Source: Blasia pusilla
Taxonomy: Eukaryota
Assembly (NCBI GenBank): GCA_050084515.1
Contig: CM114271.1
Span: 6,262,001-6,326,000, forward strand
Direction of reading: 5' to 3'
Length of the DNA stretch: 64,000 bases
In this document: positions 13,206 to 26,700 of the stretch, piece after piece
How positions within the stretch are numbered: the stretch's first letter is position 1
How the letters are laid out: every line of letters begins with the position of its first letter
Notes under the pieces: generated by a model
Seen by the model: only the letters and a program-made list of their open reading frames with translations
Told to the model about the DNA's origin: nothing
Database searches by the model: none
Translations under genes and position numbers: made by a program

Positions 13206-14892
13206 CTACGATCTATCGGATAACCATCTTCTGTTTCGGTAGTGTTGGCCGCAAAAGCTTTAGGATAGCCTTTTGTACATTTTTTTGTTTCCTTCTCCAT
13301 ACACGGAGCATTTGGATTTAATGGTCCACATGGACCGTGAACCATGCAATTAGCAACGGTAGAATATAACCTTGGATGGGTAGATTGATCAGGGATTTCA
13401 GCTGAAATGATACGATCATAATCAATTGTGGTACGTGGTTTATCCTCACGACCTAAAATAATAAGAACATGCACATGCTGTAATCCTATTTTTTGGAATT
13501 CCACCACATGGATGCATCCTACAACTCGGTCTAATATCTACTTCTTGATGATAAGTCGTAACAACTCCTTCTTTTTCTTCTAAAAAACCCGCACAACCAA
13601 ATCTGGTCGGTCTGCACGTGATTGGCCAGGTAATAGGGCTAAAGTAATCTCCTCCCACTTTGGATTGCATGTCATGGTTAAGAAGTAGTCAGACTTCCCA
13701 AAATGTCGTACAATTGCCATTGCATCCTGATACAATTGATGCATATGACGTGGCCCTCCAATAAAAGAAGAAGGTAATATAATCCGTTTCCCAAGCCTTC
13801 GGCTATCTGCATCTTGTCGATGCATGACATCCTTTACACCTTGATATAATTAAGCCCTCAACTCCTTCTGATTTAAGCGTACCCATGATAATCGTTGCAT
13901 TTCCACAATGGCATAGAGGTCAACCATATATTCTTGAGTAAGTCGACGAAGCCGCAATAAGCGATTGTCATCTTCTCCTCCAACCCGAGTTTGAAGTCGA
14001 AAACATGCAAATTGCAAGGCCGTAACACATTTTGTTCTTCTTTCCTCAACAATATCACCATAAACTCTGTCCTCATCCATGCAATCATCTGAAGGTTCAG
14101 GATGTCCCTCCTCTCCATGAATAATGTGGCCCAATCGTCGGGATTCCCTACAACCTTCAATTCGCCCAAAGGGTATTCCAGGATGCCAACCTGCTTCACC
14201 ATAGATAAATAACAAAACAAAGTGTAAGGGAATATATGCTTCATTGAAGTCGGATGTACGTTTGACTCCTCCTTTATGTAGTCGTACAATTATATCAAGA
14301 TGGTCAACGTGTTCACTTCCATCACCCGGCAAAATAGCAGCAACTTCAGACGCAATTGGTAAAGTGTCCAGTGCCACCAATTTGTTCGTTTACATGTACC
14401 CCGGTAGATGCAAGTTGAAATGCCGAATTATAAGCTCGAGCATGTGTAAGAAAATGAACGCTTCTAGGACCAACACCCTAAATCAAGGATTTTTGAAATG
14501 GAGGAGATGATCTCAAGAGAGATAAGTATATTCTTCCATGGCCACAACACATGCCATATGGTGAGTCACCAAACTTAGTACCTTTGACCACTTCACATTT
14601 CCAATGCAAAGCACGGCATGAGGGACATATCTCTGTCATAGAACCTAATGTATGACGACCGCTGGTACGATTCAAACTCCTTTGTAATCGCAACTTTCGA
14701 AAATCACTTTCTTGAAAATTTGGCCTCCTTGCAAGATTGAGTAATGTATTTAATCTTACAACTCTATCAAGGGTAGACGATGCACAAATTATAGAAGTGT
14801 TTGGTATAGTGGTACGTTGTGGAGATAACAAAACTCCATTAGGAGACATGGCATCTACTCTTGACCTTGATTCATCCCCGAGTTGGGAAAAA

Positions 14893-15036
14893 GTCGACGA
14901 ATTGTTGAAAACTTCATCTGGAACACGAATAGGAAGAGTGGTCGACGAATTGTCGACAACTTCATCTTGAACTTGAATAGGAAGAGCGGTCGACGAATTT
15001 TTGACAACTTCATCTTGAATTGGAATAGGAGGAGTG
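14893..15036 (-). repeat. Three 48-bp tandem coding repeats (16-aa unit ~PIxxQDEVVxNSSTxL) in the RepHel N-terminus
   Basis: gtcgacgaatt...acttcatct...gaataggaagag units start at 14893, 14941 and 14989, in frame in ORF 14478..15218. Confidence 0.9.
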
Positions 15037-16161
15037 GTAGGTAACTCAACTTGTGGTGGCCCAATCGTGGATGTATTCTGGATAACTTCATGAAATGCAT
15101 TGTCAACTAACTCGAGTCTTGGCGATATATAAATATAGTCCGTCGATTGTTCGCTCACTTCTTGATTTTCTTCTACTATTATTCCATCTTCATTGGAAGG
15201 CCTGAGAAAATATGTCAAAATATTGATAAGAATAAATACAAATCAAATATGGAGTAAATCAAGTAGTTATGAAGTGTATAGTTAGATATAGGTGTAATAC
15301 TCTCAAGCTGAACTTGACCATTAAGCCCTTTCCTTCTTTTTCTATACTCTCGATAGTAATTCCTCTTTTTTTCTTTGAGAGATTCCATTCTATCAACTCG
15401 AATAGCACGCTTTCATTTTTGGGCTTCGCCACGTAGAACCTTCAGAAAGTCACGTATATTGACAGGATTCAATGGGATTGGAAGTCTGGAACAACATATG
15501 AATGGTAAAAGCTTACAAAATTAAAGGAAAAAGTCAATATTTGGTGGGAAATTGGACATGCTAAATGAACGTCGATGTAGTAAACTTACGTTGGAGATGT
15601 TTCAGGTCGGAGTTCATCTTCGAGACGTGTTTGTTGTGCTAAGATTTCCTTGCGACGGACACGTCTTTTTTGTTGTGCATTCGCACGCATCAATTTTTGG
15701 AAGTCATGCAAATACGTAGGATTTGATGAAAGAGGAAGTCTGTGCAAAAATTGGGTTTAATGCATGAGAAAAATATATTGTCGAGAAAATGGTACGTAAG
15801 GCATCATCGTTGAAATGGAAATTACGTGCTTAAGTCCCTACCCTAAGCAAAGGTTCTTACATCGGGGAGGTATTCTTCGATACTTCAATATGTCTTCGGA
15901 ACTTTGTTTAAATTGGCATATTGTAATAATAATACCAAGTGGCCGTCTCTCCCTGTTTAGTGACGATCCGCCAACATTCATCATCAACATGACACACAAC
16001 GGAAGTATTGAGAATTGAAATAAAATGACCAAAAGAATAAAAAGAAAAGAGAAGAAAATAAAAGAGGAGAGAAGAGAAAGGAAATTAGTAAGGGCAATTT
16101 TTCATTTCCAATTTGATTTTCTTTAAAAATTATAAATTGAATGAAAAAAAAAAAGAGAATG

Positions 16162-16338
16162 AAATTTTATAAAATAAAATTTAGGGAAAGAAAAGAATTT
16201 AGGGAAGAAGAGTAAGGGGGAAGATTTATTTTAATAAAAATTGAATGAAAAACAAAGAGAAAATGAAATTTATGAAATAAAATTTAGGGAAAGAAAAGAA
16301 TTTAGGGAAGAAGAGTAAGGGGGAAGATTTATTTTAAT
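16162..16338. repeat. Direct repeat (~75-bp core x2) in the Helitron 5' region
   Basis: aataaaatttagggaaagaaaagaatttagggaagaagagtaagggggaagatttattttaat occurs twice. Confidence 0.85.
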
Positions 16339-18554
16339 TTTCTCAAAAATTGGAAAAAATTGGGAAAAAATTGGGAAAAAAGGTAAAAAAGGAGAAATTT
16401 ACATTATTTATTTTTTTAAAAGCAAATTCATTAAAAAAACCCAGGTTCGTTAGGCCAAACCTGGCCCTAACCTAACACTCCCAACCCTAGGCCTGAATCG
16501 AGACCCCGCACCCTAATGGCGCCGCCTTTGAATCCTAGGGTCAGATTTGAACCCTTCTCCCATCTAACGGCCAGGAAAAACAGGCCATTAGATGGTTAAT
16601 CTGACGGCTCACGGCCTGAGCTGTCAGATGCCTTCCCCCTCCACCCTTCCCCCTACCCAATTGTCCAACCCCCTCACTCCCACTCCCACTCCCCGTCGCT
16701 CGTGCTGCTTGCTCGTCTGTCCGTCCGCCCTCCTCTCCAATCCCTCAGGCGCCCGCTCTCCCAGTTCGTTATACTCATGCGCTTGAGCACGCCCCTCCGT
16801 ACGGCTCATGCGCGCTCAAGCACTCAAGGGCGCTTGAGCCCTTAGGTGCCCTCTCTCCCAGTCCGTGCTCTTCTCATGCGCTCCAGCGCACCCTCCTCCC
16901 GGATCGTGCGCACTCGAGCGCACGGATCCTTACGGTGCCTGCTCCATCGTCGCCTTTCAGACTCGATCTGCAATGTTGATTTTTACGGTCGATTTCTTTC
17001 CCTAAATTTTGGCTCTGAGGTTATCTTGCTAGGCTCTCTTGCTAGTTTTGACTATGGGGTATTTTTGACAATGGGGCTCTCGCGCCCTCAGGCGCCGCCT
17101 CTCCTAGTCCGTGCCGGGCTTGTACGTCTCGGTGCTTGAACATCTCCCCTGAGAATCGCCTTTCAAACTTGATGTGCATATTGAAGGTCAGTTTTGGTTG
17201 TGCATTTGGGCTCTTGGGGTTTTGTGACAGTCAAGCTCATCCCCCAACGGTTCTGCTCTTCGGTGTTCTTGATGGTCGAGTTCTTTCCCTAACTTTTCGG
17301 CTCTCAGGTTATCTTGCTAGGCTCTCTTGCTACTTGTTCGACTCTGGGTATTTTTGACAATCGGGATCTCTTGCTAGTTGTTTAACTCGGGTTCTTTTGA
17401 CATTCAGGCTCTCACAACCTTGCAGATCGGGTCTGGGGAATTTCTTCACGGTCGGGCTCTCACAACATTCAGTTTCGGGGTCGGTCTCGGGGATTCAGTT
17501 TGGCTACTGAGTCGCTTTTGATGGCTGGGCTCGTTTGATAGTTCACTCTTTCGGCATAGCGCATTGGGTCTCATTAGTTTTTTGACAGTTGGGCTACGGA
17601 TCGGTTTGGCTACTGTGTCTCTTTTGACAGCCAGGCTATTGGTCTTCGAAGCTATTTTCTCTCGGTTTTCTCGTTGGTTTGTTTGGAGATATACTTGCGC
17701 TATTACACATGTACACCTAGGACACATAGGGGAAAAATGGGTGCAGTTAGTACTCGACGTGAATACTAAAAGAGGGGTTGGCAGAGACATTCAAAAAACT
17801 CTCCAAGTCGCTTTCATTTCAAAGTAAGTACATGACTATTTATTCTACTCTACTCCTGATCGACATGCTCACCCTCTCCTAGATCCCAAATTCAGATATG
17901 GATCTGAATATTCACTACAACTTCTTTCCCCTTCTGCCCTTTATGTGGGGATTTCTTCGTGCATTGTGGATCATCCCTACGTGTGGTAGGCACACTGGGA
18001 GTTACCGGGGACCTTCCCTTTGATGGTGAGCTTTGCTGATTTCGGTTAGTGTGCGGGGTCATTCTCCACTTCTTAGCAGAGGCTCCCTCCTCGGTATGTT
18101 CCCTTTCTATGTTGGGCCTCCTTATGCGATAGGGAGGAGTCCCTTCCTCCTCTACAACGTCTATTCCCTCTCCTCCAACTGGCTTTGGATCGTACCCTTT
18201 GTCGGAATCCGTAGGGAGGACTGCAGCAGCATGGAGTCCTTTATTGCATACTCAAACCTTGGAGCATGCACGGGGATGATCGGCTCTCCCCAAGTAGGAC
18301 CATCACAGTGCAACTTGTTCCATTTGCTCAAGCGCATACAGTCCCCCTGACTTATTGGAGACCATTTTGTAATCTCCAATGCTTGGAGATCTGGTGACTT
18401 TACACTGTAATGTTTTTTTGAGCTCGTTACCTTGGACAAACTCTTTCCTCTCCCTTGTGTTGACTTTTTCGCTGTGATTCTTGTTGCCATCTCTAGGTAG
18501 TTTTCATTCTGCACCTTTGCTATTTCGAATGTTGCAGATGTCGGGAGCTGATCA

Positions 18555-19092
18555 GGGCAAACTGAGCCTGAATAGAACGCCTCTCTTCGGGAGCAAGCTA
18601 ACCAACATATGGTTAGCTTGCTATGTTCATCCGCAACTACATAGAACTCAGTATTTTAGTTCATAGAGCTCAAAGCAATGTAGACTCGTAAAGCAGAGAC
18701 ATGTCTTTATCTAGCAATAAATGAAGTTCAGCGTGTATGAATGACAGTAGAGCTCGGCGAATGAATTAGTTCACTTTACCAAGGTAGGGGACGTCAAGAA
18801 TGCGGGAGCTGATCTTGAAATCACATCAAGGGCCGCTTAATCGGGGCAAACTAAGCTTGAATAGAACGCCTCTCTTCGGGAGTACCTGTGAAATAGAATG
18901 TCCAAAAACCCAACATATGGTTAGCTTGGTATATTCATCCGCAACTACATAGAGCTCAGTAATTTAGTTTATAGAGCTCAAAGCAATGTAGACTCGTAAA
19001 GCAGAGACATGTCTTACTCTATCTAGCAATAAATGAAGTTCAGCGTGTATGAATGACAGTAGAGCTCGGTGAATGAATGAGTTCACTTTACC
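18555..19092. repeat. Direct repeat (~225-250 bp x2) near the Helitron 5' end
   Basis: gggcaaact..gaatagaacgcctctcttcgggag...ccaacatatggttagcttg...gttcactttacc at ~18555-18780 and ~18844-19092. Confidence 0.9.
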
Positions 19093-20803
19093 TCAACAAC
19101 CGTCGTGAGAAAAATGGGGACTGTAATTTGTAAGAGGGAATAAATAAGGGTCAAGTTTGAATCACTACCCTTGTACTCACAACTTCTCGAGAAATAAGAA
19201 GCCAATCTCATCGGACGACGCTGGTTTGAAGGATCCAAACCGTCAAGGACAAAAGGACAGAAATTTGACACAAAAGTCGCGGCCAAAAATGAAACCCTAA
19301 GTTCGTCGCACATGCTAGGTATGCTTCAGACGCGCCAAAATTCCACGTTCGTTAGAAAAACTATTACAGGAGGCTAGGGCGGCTATGAACAAAACCCTAA
19401 AACATACTACGTCAGACATAAGCACGGAACACCCTGGTTAGCTTGAAGTGCCACGTGGCAGTTGGAGAGGTGTTTACGCAGCGAGAAAGGACTCTCCCAT
19501 AATAGTATAGATGAAGATGTGTTCCAAGAGATGTTCAAGGTTATACTTTTCTTAATAGACAATTGCACTTGATATTTCATTGCCATGTTATAATATCATT
19601 CTTATCTAGTTTTTATTTTCCATATTAGTAAATGTATCCAAATCTCAAAATGGACTTTTCCAACTCCTTTCTCGAAAAATCCTTTTTTCGAGAAAGGAGA
19701 AAAAACCGCCTACTTTAATCTAAGCACGTGACTCCCACACACAATTCTCAGGAGAAGATTGCGGAATTTATAAAGAATAGATTACTTTTAGAAATCTAAA
19801 TATTGAATTTAACAAAGTAATCGTAAGGAGTCTTTGCGTCACACAAACATTTGCCGGTACTACTAATAAATGGCAACAAACAGGACAAACATGCAAAGTC
19901 GGTTTGGGGATTACGCGGGAATCGGTGGAATGAAGAAGGTTCGCAAGACGGCGTGAAGCCGCGGACACGTCGGCGTTGAAAAGCGCCGCCCACGAAGGGA
20001 AAGTGAAGGGGAGGTTCAGCAGTTGCATGTTGGGCGGGACCAGCTGCTGCTGGCTGGCTGGCTGGCTGGCCCAAAGTGCGCTGCTTTCGTACCTAAACTG
20101 GCGGCGGAGACCTGATCATGGTCCGGCCAAAAGTCCTGCTGCGCTGCGCCCGTGTGACAGGTGTTCGTTTCCCTTGCCTTGTCATCACTCGCAGTTTTGT
20201 CAATTAGTTAATATTCCTCGTATTCTCTTGCCATCGCTTTGGACGAGGTGACGTGGAACCGGAGACAACGTTTCCTGCAAACGCTGTCGGTGTACTTCTT
20301 ACACCGACTTCGGGAAAACTCGCACTCAAACGTAAGTACGGGTAATTAATAGCTTATTTAAATTATTTTTATAATAATTTGTTGTTGTTTTTTAGTTTCA
20401 TTTTAGATCAATTTTTAATGAATGATCACATTCATTTAGAAAGTTAGCAATTTTACTAATGGCAAGTGTCAAAGTGAAAGGAGGATGCAAAGTAAAGGGA
20501 AGGGTACTCTCCAATTATAATATTGATTTTTTTCACATGATAATTAACAAGCGAGAAAGTATTTTCTTTCTAAAGAATGGGAGATCAACTTATTTATCAA
20601 AGTAATTTAAAAAACATAGAATTAATACGTCAAATTAAGTCAAAAATCATTTAAATACAATGTTCGGATCACATACATAGATTATTTTTCGAACATTACT
20701 ATGTAATCCCTTGATTATAGTATGGATGTTAGTATGTTCCTATAAACTCTCAAGTTACATGCATTTTAACTCAATCGTGAAAATGGTGCCAACGTACTAA
20801 GTA

Positions 20804-20992
20804 CTAGTTATGACTCGTGAGGGGACCGTGCATTGCACGGTCCCCTCACGAGTCCTAACTAGCCCTAAACGCCCCGTTATGCTACCCTACCCGAATGCCC
20901 ATGTCTCGCGTCATACATTCTCGGTTCAAAAGACACGTCCTGATCTCTCCGATGTTGCCATTTGAAAATTACTCCTCTAATAATAGTATAGA
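20804..20992 (-). mobile_element. Non-autonomous mini-Helitron (189 bp) with an extended 3' hairpin
   Basis: A|CTAG at 20803-20807; taatagtataga|T at 20981-20993; core hairpin ccgtgca-t-tgcacgg. Confidence 0.8.
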
Positions 20993-22563
20993 TATGTTAG
21001 AGGTAGCGGTTTTAATCACACATTTCAAATGAAAATATTTTCAGTGCTTCAATTCCATAAGACCCCATATATTATTACTATCACAACCTTTGTCCCCATC
21101 TCGAGTGTGATAGGAAAACCTCTTTGATTTGTAGGTGACTCATGGGTGGGAATCTAACACTTATAAGAAGAGTCTCCTCATGATGGAATGTGTTCTTTCA
21201 AGACACATAGAAGTGACATGTGTCCATTTAAGAAAGAAAAGCATTAAAGGTCGTGAGGTAGATTATTAAATTAAGGGACGGGAGGGAGGGTCTTTAGATT
21301 ACTAATTTGAAACCTTTAAGAAATAGAAAATAAAATTATTTATTTTCAAAAAACCTCCTTCATTAAAAATACCTCTCTTAACAAAATTTAGGGTATTATA
21401 TTTTAAAAAGATTCATCCGAATGAATTTTTCATGAGTTTTCAATTCCCTTAAAATCTGAAAATATAAAAATTATAAAACTAAAAAAGATTCACGAGATCA
21501 AAATTGATGTTTTCATAACTTATCATGTGTTATTGTATTTTTTTAATGATTTCCTTTAATTTTATTTTCCTATTATTTTGAATATTTATATAAATTTCTT
21601 TCTAAAACCTTGAAAAATAAAATTTTCATTTCCATAATTCCTTAAATTTACGTTAAACAAAGTACATGCATCATACTAGTATCACTTACTAGGGATGGTT
21701 CACGGGGTGGTTAAGCAACGACATAAAATATAGGGGGGAAAAACATATTTTTCATTATTCGGAAGAGGAAAGGGAGGGAGAGGGGAAGGGTGGAATTAAT
21801 TTCAAAGGGAGGCGACAAAATGAAAGTTTGGAAATTTGTTGGCTCCCCATAAACTGACCCTAGTTGGTGCATCTATCATTGTTCATCGTTTGGTCCATTT
21901 TTTATATTAGCTTAAGAATACAAGAACTCCACGAAGTACATAATAATTAAATATCTCACTATTTATTTATTTATTAAAATGAAAAATAAAGGAAAAATAT
22001 AAGAACTTCTTGATGAATAATATTTTTTTCGTTTGGTTAAATGCATGGAATGATTGGAATCCACAGAATATTGTACATTCCTTAACATGTAACACAAACA
22101 ATAATATAGATATGAGTTGCAAAAGTAAACTTAAACAATAATCAAACAACATTAAAATATGGTTTTTCCCACAACGTATACCCAGGCTCACTAGCCCGCA
22201 GCGCCGCATCCAGTCTACAAACCCGTCGCCCATTTTGTAGCCCGCACATGCCCGCCTGAACCTTGCATCGGCCCGCGGTAGACCCATGGACAGCGGGCTG
22301 TGATCTTAGGGCGGGCCCGTGCCCTCCTCCCTGAATCTGAGTCCGCACTCCTTCTCGTGTCCCAAGTCCCTATGGGCCATTAGGGTACCGAAAAACCTAG
22401 GCGGGGGACCTGTGGGGCATGTCCGAACTTGGCTGGATATGTCTATCTCGTGGACGGACATGTCCGTTTCTATGCAACCATGAAGAATCCTCAAATTATT
22501 TTTAATTTCGAAAAAAATATGATGGCCATTTCTAAAAATAACTTTATGGTTCCCAACTATATG

Positions 22564-23565
22564 TGTCGCGACCCTCATGACCAAACAAGTGCCAAGCGGA
22601 ACATCGGAACATTAGCGGGCTCACGCTAAGATGGTTTGCGCGTTGGAGTTGTCTCAAAGAGGAGACAAGAGACGAGACGCGAGCGAGAAGTCGCGTTTCA
22701 GATGTGATGGTCGCAACTCAGAAACCTGGACCAAACGCGGAATGAGACTTGAAAGAAGTCGAGTCTAGGAAGTGGGTTGCCAAAGGAAAGATCCGGATTT
22801 GGAACGCCACTTGCGTTTGAGAGTTTCCGACTGTATTTATGGCCATAACTTTTAGCGCCAAGATGCGTTTGGAGCAAATAAGAGTGCGTTGGAAATCTTA
22901 TGAAGAGCCGGTTCAAACACACCAAAGATCGCTGCAAACGCATAAGCAGCGGCCGAGATACGACCCGAAAACGACTGTAAGTGGAGTCGGGTTGAGGGCC
23001 ACAATGAAGGGCCCGAACCTCTTTTCCCAAAGGGGAGGGGTTATTGGAGAACCCCAGAAGTACTAGTAAGGGGGAAGGTCTCCGAGAGTGCTTGGAACCC
23101 AAACCCCACTTTGGGCGCCGCGGGGCGGCTTAAGGGCATGGAACGGAACGCGAGTTTGGGCGTTGGGTTGGAAAACCTGCACCAAGTCCATTGAGGCGAT
23201 TTTAGACATCCCTCTTGGATTTCACGCCGCGACTCAATTACTTGGGTCTCGGTTCGGAACTCACACGAGGACCGTTGAACAGTTGGGATCGCTAGGCGTG
23301 CAAGTGCCGTTTCAGATCCCTGGACTAACCAGGAAGTCTGTTCCAAGTCTTGAAGGACTTGCCATGTGTTGGGAGCTAGGAACTAAGGAAGGTTGAGCTT
23401 GATGAGACGCCGAGTTTAGGACTCGGTGGGTTGGAACGCCGGTTGGCCAAACCCGACTAACGAGAGTGCGTGTTTGGGTGCGGATCGGCGATGAGTTCGT
23501 GACCTACTGAATGCACGCTTCCGCAACACTAAAGATTGACGTTCAAGGAGAGTAGGGGCGCGACA
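22564..23565 (+). repeat. 5' LTR of the chromovirus
   Basis: tgtcgcgaccctcatg...gtaggggcgcgaca; matches 28904-29903. Confidence 0.95.
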
Positions 23566-23567
23566 AG

Positions 23568-23579
23568 TGGTATCAGAGC
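23568..23579 (+). promoter_or_regulatory. Primer-binding site complementary to the 3' end of initiator tRNA-Met
   Basis: TGGTATCAGAGC 2 nt after the 5' LTR. Confidence 0.9.
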
Positions 23580-23711
23580 TTATCCTTGGTGAGCGAGAAC
23601 TTGGGGTCGTGGGATCAGCCGGACGGTTGGGAAATTTCAAGGTAGCGGCTAGACTCGGACGCTCGAGGAGGGACGCAAGAAACGAGGAGGAGATCTGAGT
23701 GAGTTGGCTTG

Positions 23712-26700
23712 GAGATGGCGATCGAGGGAGAACAACCCAAGAAGCGCCGAATCAAGCGACGTGAACCGAGAGAGGAACCAATGCGGGACCGTGAAGCTAT
23801 AGAGGAGTCGGAGACTCCCGAAGAGTTGAACGCCAGTCGTGAGGACGTCCCAGTGGCGACTCCTTCCGCGGGGCCAGTGGGCCCAAACTCGAGGGAAAGG
23901 GCGAGTCGAGCCAGGCGTTGGACTTGTTGAAGGTGTTGGTGGAGCAGATGTCCCGGCAAAGCAAGCGGATTTCGAGTTAGAGGCCACTCGAAACCCGAAA
24001 AGGGCAAAAGATCTGCAAGACGAACCCGCCCACGCCATTTCGGAGTGGGGCGCCATGAAAGTGAAGGATTTCCTTACGGAGGCGAATCAGGCCCCATGAG
24101 GCGCAGAAGGTCGCTGAGCAGACAAGGTGACGGTAGCCGTTACTTTCTTAAGGATCATGCTCTACAATGGTGGACCGCTCAACAAGAGGAATATCTGGGC
24201 GGTGAGTCACCTCGAGTTGGGAGGAGTTCAAGGAGTTGATTGGGATCGGTTCACTCCGGAGTACCAAGGGTTGCGTGACACGGTGGAATGCGTGCGGATG
24301 CGGCAGAGTGGTTCCTTAAGCGCGTATGTGAGGGAGTTTAGTGCGAAACTGACTTCTAGTCCGAAGATGGATGAGCACGCGAAGAAGGCTATCTTCATTA
24401 GTGGACTCAAGCCGAGCGCTGAGAAGGCCCTTTACCGAATGCCGGCGTTGCCAGAGACTGCGCGGACCTTCTGAAGCTAGCGGAGCGGATTGGGGACGAT
24501 GAGGTCCAAACCCAGAAACCCTTCGAGTCAAAAGTTTTTTCGAAGAAGTCGAAAAATAAGGAGGCGTTCAAAAGAGGCTGGAGTGGGGGGGCCAAAGACG
24601 AACCAGGAGAGTAAATGCGCGCAAAGAAAACGAGTGGAACTTCATGCGCGGCGAAAGGAGGACAACACTTTCGAAGATAGGGAACGGCAAGGTCGTATGC
24701 TACAATGATGGCGAACCGGGACACCTGTCGAAAGGGTGTTCGAAACCAAAGGTTAGTAATGGGAGTATGATTGCGTTTGTTGCTAAGCATATGTTGGCGG
24801 GCGATATGGAGACGTCCCTTCAAGTCACCAAGAGGACGTACAATTTGGTGTACCTAAGATCCAAGATTGCTGATCGCGATGTGTTGTTGCTCGTGGATAC
24901 TGGTGCCGCACTCCTTCCTAAGCCGAGAATCGTGAAGGAACTGGGCGCGTCTACCTCTAAGGCGGGAGCCCATTTGAGTGGGATTTGCGGGGAGGCAAGT
25001 CTCATCGGACTTGATTTGGTCTTGGGTTTGTGATGAGGATGCGGGGTATTCGAGTTGAAGGAGAATTTCCTTTGTATGCGAAATGGACGGCATTGACGGA
25101 GTTTTGGGGAATACATTCCTAGATGCGTATGAGGTGGAGTTAAGACGCCGACCATTGAGGTTGAGCGTCTTGCTAAAAGGCAAACGGTTACAGGTGCGGT
25201 TGGTCCGTGAGGTTCCAACAAAGATGGAGTTGGTAAACTCGATCACAAGGAGGAGCATGACTGAGTTGGAGGATGGATTTCTCTGCTTGATGAGACAAGT
25301 GGAGAAGGCTACAAGCGATATCTGCAGAGATCGATCTGTTGCTTCAAGGGGAGTCGAGAACCACTTCAGGAAGTGGTCAAGGAGTTTGAGTATGTCTTGA
25401 CAAATGCTTCCGACTGAATTGCCGCCGCATAGAGCCGTAGATCATAAGATAGAGATCATACCCGGTTCCCAACCGCCTTCAAAAGCACCATATAGGTTGA
25501 ATCAGGAGGAACTTCTTGAGTTGAAAAAGCAGTTAAGTGAGCTCTTGGAAAAGGGTTACATTAGGACTAGCAAGTCACCTTATGGAGCACTGTTCTCTTT
25601 GTAAAGAAGAAGGATGGAAAGATGAGGTGTGTGTTGATTACCGTGCATCGAACAAAGTGACGGTTCGAACAATTATCCTCTTCCAAGGATAGATGATCTC
25701 TTTGATAGGTCGGTAGCGAGATATTTCAGTAGGATTGACTTGAAGTCGAGGATATTACGGTCGGATTGCCGGCGAGATGTGGAGAAGCTGCGTGCGGGGC
25801 GAGATACTGGTTCCTTTGAGTTTGTAGTGATGCCTTTCGGTCTATGTAACGCGCCTCCGACGTTCACCACATTGATGAACTCCATTTTTCACAAGGAAAT
25901 GGATGAGTATGTTATCATCTATATCGATGATATACTTATCTATTCGAAGTCACTAGAGGAGCACGTTCGACATGTGAGAGCGGTCTTGTCTAAGCTAAGG
26001 GCAAATCAGCTGTATGCGAATGTAGAGAAGAGCAAATTTGGTTTGAGTAAGATCAAATTCTTGGGTCACGTGGTCAGTGCAGATGGCGTCAATCCAGACA
26101 TGGAAAAGGTAAAGGCTATTTCCGAGTGGGAACCCCCATCCACTGTAAAGGGGATGAGGAGGTTCATAGGTGCGGTGCAATTTTATCGTACTTATGTGAA
26201 AAACTTTTCGGGAATTGTGAGACCTCTCACGGATTGGACGGCAAAGTTTGCCAACACGACTTGGACCCAGGAAGTTAATGAGGCATTCAACCGAGTGAAG
26301 CAGATTCTATCGCAGGAACCAGTGTTAAAGCTGCCGGAGTTTGACAAACCGTTCGAAGTGCATACCGATGCTAGTGATTTGTGATTTTGAGGAATGTTGG
26401 TGCAAGAAGGGAGACCGGTGGCATATGAGAGCAAGAAGCTTAGCGACACTGAAAGGAGATGGCCTACTCACGAGAAAGAGTTGTTCGCGGTGGTACATTG
26501 CTTGAGGAAGTGGCGGCATTATCTAGGGCTCCACAGGACTCGAGTATTCACCGATAATATATCACTCAAGTATTTTGAGACCCAGGATCGAGTGACACCG
26601 AAACAACTGCGGTGGCATGATACCTTGGCGCTGATGGATGTAGAGTTGATCCACAAGCCAGGTAAAGATAATGTGATTCGGATCGTTAAGTCGCAAGGAG

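Larger units (their letters stand above)
10284..15218 (-). pseudogene. Helitron RepHel (HUH endonuclease + PIF1-like SF1 helicase), intron-containing, disrupted
   Basis: Zn finger CPSCRALHW..MCCGHGRI; GKRIILPSSFIGGPRHMHQLYQDAMAIVRHFGKSDYFLTMTCNPKW; HUH motif VEFQKIGLQHVHVLI; SAIKYLYKY; helicase motifs [54 protein letters not shown]. Frameshifts and stops present. Confidence 0.92.
10182..19511 (-). mobile_element. Helitron (canonical RepHel type), both termini intact, coding region degenerate
   Basis: 5' end TCTATACTATTA (taatagtataga at 19500-19511 on +). 3' end CTAG (10182-10185) preceded by the hairpin cccgtgcgatgcacagg (~10193-10209). Inserted between A (10181) and T (19512) with no TSD; RepHel fragments inside. 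Confidence 0.92.

Noticed and set aside
14893-15036. Regularly spaced repeats resembling a CRISPR array
   Set aside because: They are contiguous 48-bp tandem coding repeats with no unique spacers, in a eukaryotic Helitron, and no cas genes are present.
22698-23396. ORFs duplicated at 22.7-23.4 kb and 29.0-29.7 kb
   Set aside because: They are incidental ORFs within the two LTRs with no protein motifs.
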